Assembly: GCA_965140415.1 (NCBI GenBank)
Contig: OZ223209.1
Location: forward strand, 5,696,001-5,760,000
DNA from: Myxococcota bacterium
Lineage (GTDB): Bacteria > Myxococcota_A > SURF-8
DNA: 64,000 nt
Reading direction: 5' to 3'
The position numbers and the translations under genes are program-made. Of this stretch, positions 58,665 to 64,000 are shown one piece after another; position 1 is the first letter of the stretch, and every line of letters begins with the position of its first letter. Below the pieces are notes generated by a model, which worked only from the letters and a program-made list of their open reading frames with translations, ran no database searches and was not told the origin of the DNA.

Positions 58665-59777
58665 TTACTTTTCTTCCTGCTTTACACGAAGAATCTCGTA
58701 GCTGGCGGTTTTATCCGGGTTGATGGTCATCACGGCGGCCATACCCACGGAGATGCTGCCGTCGTTCATGTTCCAGGGATCGGAATCCGCCGGGCCGGGG
58801 TTCAGGAAAAGCTGACCGGCTTTGGCACCCTGCTTGACCAGGGTTTTGAAATCGCCCGCAACCGCTTTGCCACCGGCTTCGTGGATGTTGCCGAAGATAC
58901 CGAAGGGAATCTTCGCCTTCGTGATCATTTCAGCCATCTTCGGATCGCCGACGTTGCCCGCTTCAACGGCCAGATCCAGCGCGTCTTTGCCATCGCCACG
59001 AGGTGGTCCATGAGAGAGCAGCACCACGGGGTTCTTGGCGTCGGCGGCCAGTTTGCCAACCAGATCCAGTTGCGGTTGTTTGTAAGCGCAACCCGGCTTG
59101 TTGTGGATGTAATTGGGATCGTAGTAACCGGCCAAAGAAACCACGCTGGCAACACCCAGATCCGCAAAGCGGATGCGATTCATGTTGACTAGGTTTTTGA
59201 ACTGTGCGCCCACTTCGGTCATGGCTTTGTCGAAGTCAGCCCGCGTGTCACGGTTGCCCATGATGACCAGGGTCAGCAGATTCTGCTTGGCCAGCATTTC
59301 GAACAGGGGCTTCATCATGTCGTATTTTTCCGACGAATCACCCGCTACGACGACCACGGAAACACCTTTTGCCTTGAAGGTCGTGTAAAATTCCTTCAGG
59401 TTCTTTTCATTGGCCGGAATGAAGTTTTTGATGTCGGTCAGCACGCCGATAACCAGGGGCTTGGCGGCGTCGGCATCTAACGCCTTCAAACGGTAATTAC
59501 TGGTAATTTCGAACTTTTTGCCACCGACCTCAAAGGCCACCGGTGCAGCTTTGGCGTCTTCGGCACCCCAGCAAATGCCCGATTTAGCAGGTTTGGCCGC
59601 TTTGGCTTCGTCGGCTTTCTTTTCGTCCTGCTTTACTTGCAGATCCTTGATTTCTTTTTCTTTTTTCTCCACCAACTGCGCTTTTTTGTCCTTATAAGAC
59701 TTCTCGCAGCCGGCGAACGCCGTCGCGACCAGACTAATCGCGATCAGCAAACAGATCATCAGCTTTGCGTGTTTCAT
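58665..59777 (-). CDS. Lipoprotein with a calcineurin-like metallophosphoesterase fold (degenerate motifs)
   Basis: Lipobox FAGC; TDIK, AGD, GNRD, SHGPP, GNIHE. Confidence 0.8.
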   Translation of the reverse strand: MKHAKLMICLLIAISLVATAFAGCEKSYKDKKAQLVEKKEKEIKDLQVKQDEKKADEAKAAKPAKSGICWGAEDAKAAPVAFEVGGKKFEITSNYRLKALDADAAKPLVIGVLTDIKNFIPANEKNLKEFYTTFKAKGVSVVVVAGDSSEKYDMMKPLFEMLAKQNLLTLVIMGNRDTRADFDKAMTEVGAQFKNLVNMNRIRFADLGVASVVSLAGYYDPNYIHNKPGCAYKQPQLDLVGKLAADAKNPVVLLSHGPPRGDGKDALDLAVEAGNVGDPKMAEMITKAKIPFGIFGNIHEAGGKAVAGDFKTLVKQGAKAGQLFLNPGPADSDPWNMNDGSISVGMAAVMTINPDKTASYEILRVKQEEK

Positions 59778-59948
59778 GGTCAAGCACCTCGCCTTTCATC
59801 TATCGATTGACGAAAATTCCTGTGAATAATCCCTCAAATTCATTATGGAAATGATGACACACCTTTCCGCGCCCTAGTATACAACACGGAAAGGTAGAGT
59901 AAAGCTTTTTTCCCTTCCACCTGCTCTATTGCCGATTCGCTGGCGTTT

Positions 59949-61001
59949 CTAGCGTTTCACCTCAACGCACTGCTCGAATCCCTGATCCGATGGCGGAATG
60001 TACACACCGCTATGCGGGTAGCCATCACAATAGGGAACCATGAGCTTGTCTACATCGAACCATTCCTTCGATCCGTCCTCGCAAACAACCTCATAGTATT
60101 CGGGCGATTCGTCCATCACCAGCTTGGTGCGTCCCAATTCGTTGCCGTCCCGATCCGTATAGACGTTGTAGCCGCTTGCAGCATCGACATACATGCGATA
60201 GCAGAATACTGCGGTATCTTCGCTGTTGATGCCGGTGGCTTCGTAGCTCAAATTCCCGGCCTGTCCGATCATCTTCCAGGTGGAACCGTCTGGGAATTCA
60301 AAGAGATACACCGGGCGGTCGAGATCGTCTGTATAGTGGCTGCACTGCAAATAGCTAGCCGCATCGGGGTAGCCCTTGTCGAAGCAGCTAAGCGTTTCGT
60401 ACAGGCAGCTTTCCTTGAATTCGGGGCATTGCTGCAAATCGCCGACCTGCCCTTCCGAGTCGCCGTCGAGATTGCTCACACAGATCCCGTCGTTGGAGCA
60501 ATACTGGTTTTCCTTGGGACAGTCGGTGTCGAACATGCAGTCTTTGCAGGTGTAGGTATCCAGATCGCAGAGCTTGCTTTCGCACTGGCTGTGATCGTCG
60601 CATTCCTTTTTAATGCAGACACCGTTCAGGCAGGTATGCCCGGAGCGCGTACAGTCGGCGGGTTCGGTGCAGCTTTTCTCTTTGCAGCGATCCTCGATGC
60701 AGTACCAGGGTTCGGCGCATTCCGCATCGGTGTTGCATTCGATTTTGCGGCAGCAGTAATTGGGCTGGATGCAGTCGTAACCGCTGTCGCAGTCCTGCCG
60801 CACGTTGCAGCTATCGCAGGCTTCGCAAATGCCGTCGGTCGAGCAGAGCGTTCCCACGCCGCACTCGCTGTCGTTACTGCAAGCGGTTCCGTCGCCATCG
60901 ATCTGACTGTCATCCGAATCGCCTTCGTTACAGGCAAACAGTAACAGCAACATCACTATCGAACACAGGGTCATCAGCACGAGTTGTTTTCGGCTAGGCA
61001 T
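59949..61001 (-). CDS. Cys-rich lipoprotein with DGD motifs and short CxxDxxC repeats
   Basis: Lipobox LFAC; IDGDG, six repeats such as CSNDSECGVGTLC, then LDGDSE. Confidence 0.82.
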   Translation of the reverse strand: MPSRKQLVLMTLCSIVMLLLLFACNEGDSDDSQIDGDGTACSNDSECGVGTLCSTDGICEACDSCNVRQDCDSGYDCIQPNYCCRKIECNTDAECAEPWYCIEDRCKEKSCTEPADCTRSGHTCLNGVCIKKECDDHSQCESKLCDLDTYTCKDCMFDTDCPKENQYCSNDGICVSNLDGDSEGQVGDLQQCPEFKESCLYETLSCFDKGYPDAASYLQCSHYTDDLDRPVYLFEFPDGSTWKMIGQAGNLSYEATGINSEDTAVFCYRMYVDAASGYNVYTDRDGNELGRTKLVMDESPEYYEVVCEDGSKEWFDVDKLMVPYCDGYPHSGVYIPPSDQGFEQCVEVKR

Positions 61002-61094
61002 CCGTTACCTCGCTTTCATCTTGATCGGGATGCAATCGTTCTCTTCATAGCGGAAAGGTGCGAGCGAGTCAAGTTGTTCGCTCGCTTGTTGTAT

Positions 61095-61676
61095 CTATCG
61101 ACGCCTGGCCAGCCAGTCGCGCAGGTTTTTGCGATGCGCGATCACGATCCAGCCTGCGCAGCAAAGACAACCCACCACCGAAAGCGCCATCCACCCGGAA
61201 ACGGAAACAAGGCCCAAAATCAACACGGCCAGCATACCGAATGACGCGATGAACGGCTCTTTGACCCAGCGATGAATCAGCACCCAGCCCGCCATGGAAA
61301 CAACGGCGTATCCGGGAGCCAGCGCCAACACGAAACCCAGCAGATTCGCTACGCCTTTACCGCCTCGAAAACCGTGAAAACAGGGATAGCGATTGCCGAT
61401 GAGTAACGCCAGCGCCACCCAGGGCAGCCAGTGGGGTGACAAGAGCCATTGGGCAACCAGGGCGATGGTGATCGAGCGCCCCAGATCCAGCAGCAGCACC
61501 GCCGCCGCCGTCAGTCGTCCATGCTGGCGGTAGACGTTCACCACACCGGGATTGCCGCTGTGCAACTTGCGCGGATCGGGATGTCTCAATATCTTTAAGG
61601 TTAGAATCGCGAAGTTGATCGACCCTGCCAGATAGGCAGCCAGAGCGGAGATGAGCAGCAGCAGCGTTTCATTCAT
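61095..61676 (-). CDS. plsY: Glycerol-3-phosphate acyltransferase PlsY
   Basis: YLAGSINF, DPR...SGNPG..N, FRGGKGVA, AHRKNL; ATGA overlap with the upstream gene. Confidence 0.88.
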   Translation of the reverse strand: MNETLLLLISALAAYLAGSINFAILTLKILRHPDPRKLHSGNPGVVNVYRQHGRLTAAAVLLLDLGRSITIALVAQWLLSPHWLPWVALALLIGNRYPCFHGFRGGKGVANLLGFVLALAPGYAVVSMAGWVLIHRWVKEPFIASFGMLAVLILGLVSVSGWMALSVVGCLCCAGWIVIAHRKNLRDWLARRR

Positions 61677-63166
61677 GGGCGCTCTCCATCCAGCACCAGC
61701 AGAGTAAACACATGTTCGTCTACTTCCATATGAACGGCCCAATGCTGGCGCTCGTCGATCAGCACAAGGCTTCGATCTCGCTCGATTTCTACAGCTTCCA
61801 CCGTCTTCCAGCACATGGGCAGGGGGCGATCCAGGGCTTTGGCGGCAGCTTCCTTTAGCGACCAGATGCGCGTGGCCGCTTGCATTTCCGATAATTCGGA
61901 TTGCTCCACCAAGCGGCGCTCGGCGGGATTCATAAAGCTTTGTTGTCCTTTAATAACGCGCTCTCCGATTCGCTCCACATCCACGCCCAGCGGCTTCGAT
62001 CCGCCCACCGCAACGGCAAAGCGCTCATCGTGCGAAAGGCTGCAATACATCGGATTCTGTTCGTTTTTTCCGATCCGGCACAGGGGGCGTTGCGCGTCAT
62101 CAAACGTTTCGATGTCTGTCGCGTCGCAGCGATTTTCTCCGCTGCTCAATCTGGCCAGACGTTTGAGCGCCGCTCTTCCGGCGAGATAGCTTTTCCAGCG
62201 TCGGGGGTGGAAGTTTGCGCTCCGCGCGATTTCCGATTTGGATAACCACCGGTTTTCAAAAGGAATCACCGCGTCCAACTCGACAATCGCCAGTTGTTCG
62301 CAACGCTGCTTGAATGCAGAGAAATCAGGAGGTTGAAGCTGCTGCAACCAATCCGGAACCGTCATCTTTCCTTTAAAGATGTTCCCCATGCGCAGTCCGA
62401 GCAGGCTTTCACACAAAACGCCGTCCGCTTGCAGCACATACAGATCGTAGCGCAACACGTCGCCTTCCGGGGCTTTCGGGAAGATGCGGCAAATGTAGCG
62501 CCCGCCCGCTTGAGTCGGCACATGGATGCACCGTTGCTCGTAGCCAACCGGAATGCCAACGATACCCTGGGCGTATTGTCCCCAGGCGCAGGCGATATGA
62601 AACGCCGCATCGAGCACGAAGGGCGAACCGAGCGGCGCTTCACGTTCAGAATGCGAAGGCGCTAGGATCTCCCCGAGTGCACCATCGGGTGTTAAAAAGA
62701 TCTCGCCGGTCGCGTTGTGAAATGAAGCACCAAAGGGCACCAGTTCGTTGTATAGCGTTTCACCGGAGATGCGGCAGGCCACGCCTTCCGGCGCGGCGAG
62801 TCGATCCAGCGGTACAAGCGCAAGTTCCGGCAACTCACCGAAATGCAAACGGATATGCTCCAGGTTTCTGCGGATGCCGCTTTTGGGCGATTGAAAACTG
62901 GAGAGCAGGCGCGCTCCGCCGTCTTCGTCAAATTCGGCCAGCGCCTCGATTGTATTTTTCTCACCTTGCGGCGGCAAGGGCAGAAAGCGTCCGAATTGGG
63001 CGTTTTCGCTCTGTGTGACGCAAGCCGTCGGGTCTTGCTGCAAACGGGCAATGGCCAGACTTTGCAAGCCTTCCACGGCGGGATAAACAGCTTTGCCGAA
63101 GAAATGATGGTCGTAGAGATAGGATTCCAAGGGAAAAGAAAGCGGCGCTCGTTGCGAATCGCTCAT
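61673..63166 (-). CDS. Fusion of a PKS-type double-hotdog dehydratase and an Sfp-type 4'-phosphopantetheinyl transferase
   Basis: DH motifs DHHFFGKAVYP (HxxxGxxxxP) and LDAAFH; PPTase motifs AGRAALK, SLSHD, GVDVE, WSLKEAAAKA. ATG 63166 overlaps the thioesterase stop. Confidence 0.88.
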   Translation of the reverse strand: MSDSQRAPLSFPLESYLYDHHFFGKAVYPAVEGLQSLAIARLQQDPTACVTQSENAQFGRFLPLPPQGEKNTIEALAEFDEDGGARLLSSFQSPKSGIRRNLEHIRLHFGELPELALVPLDRLAAPEGVACRISGETLYNELVPFGASFHNATGEIFLTPDGALGEILAPSHSEREAPLGSPFVLDAAFHIACAWGQYAQGIVGIPVGYEQRCIHVPTQAGGRYICRIFPKAPEGDVLRYDLYVLQADGVLCESLLGLRMGNIFKGKMTVPDWLQQLQPPDFSAFKQRCEQLAIVELDAVIPFENRWLSKSEIARSANFHPRRWKSYLAGRAALKRLARLSSGENRCDATDIETFDDAQRPLCRIGKNEQNPMYCSLSHDERFAVAVGGSKPLGVDVERIGERVIKGQQSFMNPAERRLVEQSELSEMQAATRIWSLKEAAAKALDRPLPMCWKTVEAVEIERDRSLVLIDERQHWAVHMEVDEHVFTLLVLDGERP

Positions 63167-63642
63167 TTGGGAAAGCTCTCCCACATCGTAACCGTTTTCG
63201 GATCGACCGCCACCACCGTGCCGCGTGCGTTCAACGCGCAGTGCTCGGTGAAGCCACGGCAGACCAGCCTGCCGGTTTCGGCATTCGTGATGACGTAATC
63301 GAACAGGATCTTGACCTTTTCCAGTTTCGCCGGGCGCGTATGCACCCACATCGGATCGTCGTAGTAAAGTGGATGATGGTAGCTGATTCCCAGGTTGACG
63401 ATGGGGTACACGTAGCCGCTGTCTTCCACTTCGCGGTAGGGATAGCCCACCTCGCGCATGAGGCTGGCGCGTCCCAATTCGAAGTAGCGCAGGTAGTTGG
63501 CGTGATAAACGACCTGCGAGCGGTCGGTGTCGGCGTATAAAGGCCGATGAAAAACACGATGCCACACCAGCCCGCCGTGGCTGTCGCGCACGAAGGCGGC
63601 CTGCTCGTCACTGGCTTCCGGCTTAAAAGGTTCAGGTCGCAT
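63163..63642 (-). CDS. YbgC/4HBT-family acyl-CoA/ACP thioesterase
   Basis: YADTDRSQVVYHANYLRYFELGR. Confidence 0.92.
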   Translation of the reverse strand: MRPEPFKPEASDEQAAFVRDSHGGLVWHRVFHRPLYADTDRSQVVYHANYLRYFELGRASLMREVGYPYREVEDSGYVYPIVNLGISYHHPLYYDDPMWVHTRPAKLEKVKILFDYVITNAETGRLVCRGFTEHCALNARGTVVAVDPKTVTMWESFPK

Positions 63643-64000
63643 TTACACTCCTCGAAACACCACGCAGCAATTGGTGCCGCCGAATCCGAAGGCATTGCTG
63701 ATCATCAATTCCACCGACAGCTTACGCGCTTCGTCGGGAACCACATCGAGTTCATCGAAATCGGGATCGGGCAGGTGGTTGATAGTCGGTAAAATCATTC
63801 CCTGCCGCATGCCATGAATAGAGAGCGCCGCTTCGATAGCTGCGCTCGCACCCAGGGTATGCCCGAGCTGACTTTTATTCGACGAAACCGGGATCTTGCT
63901 CAACCGCTCCCCGAATACTTCCCGTAAGCAGGCGACTTCGTTGGAATCGCCTTTGGAAGTGGAGGTGCCGTGGGCGTTGATGTACTGGATGTCCTCCGGC
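63643..64000 (-). CDS. FabF-like beta-ketoacyl-ACP synthase (C-terminal part; the rest is outside the window)
   Basis: YINAHGTST, SNKSQLGHTLGA, SNAFGFGGTN. Confidence 0.93.
   Translation of the reverse strand, partial: PEDIQYINAHGTSTSKGDSNEVACLREVFGERLSKIPVSSNKSQLGHTLGASAAIEAALSIHGMRQGMILPTINHLPDPDFDELDVVPDEARKLSVELMISNAFGFGGTNCCVVFRGV

Noticed and set aside
60012-60944. 310-aa plus-strand ORF
   Set aside because: It is the antisense shadow of the Cys-rich lipoprotein at 59949..61001.
63167-63565. N-terminal 133 aa of the 630-aa ORF 61673..63565
   Set aside because: It overlaps the thioesterase in another frame. The ATGA-coupled start at 63166 is more plausible.

Overview
Bacterial chromosomal segment. 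The gene content (mglAB, many Cys-rich lipoproteins, a sigma54-controlled flagellar cluster, CheX/HDOD signalling) suggests a deltaproteobacteria-type or Myxococcota-like organism; this taxonomy is inference. From left to right: a large repeat lipoprotein running off the left edge, which the ORF track missed; obgE; several 'DGD-linker' Cys-rich lipoproteins; mglB-mglA; a cyclophilin; a five-gene signalling operon (HTH-REC, CheX, HDOD, hybrid kinase with two Hpt domains, REC); PhnP-like, GT-C-like, PilZ and VWA genes; a ~24 kb flagellar cluster (TPR protein, receiver-less sigma54 activator, flgBC-fliEFGHI-motE-fliK-flgD-TIGR02530-like-flgE, motA plus two divergent motB genes, fliLMNOPQR-flhB) with three sigma54 promoters; REP-like repeats; an IS200; yceD-rpmF-rpiB-nrdR-ribD-ribE-ribBA; tRNA-Ser(GCT); pckA; and the end of a lipid operon (FabF-like ketosynthase, thioesterase, PKS dehydratase-PPTase fusion, PlsY). 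The strongest leads are: (1) one MotA with two coupled MotB paralogs that appear to split the ion-binding Asp and the peptidoglycan-binding motif between them, suggesting a heterodimeric stator; (2) the DH-PPTase/PlsY lipid operon, together with the absence of the plsX-fab block next to rpmF; (3) a twin-hairpin RNA in the flgE leader next to a small protein with a RelE/BECR-like motif; (4) an expanded family of DGD-stalk lipoproteins. All calls come from reading the sequence; no searches were run.
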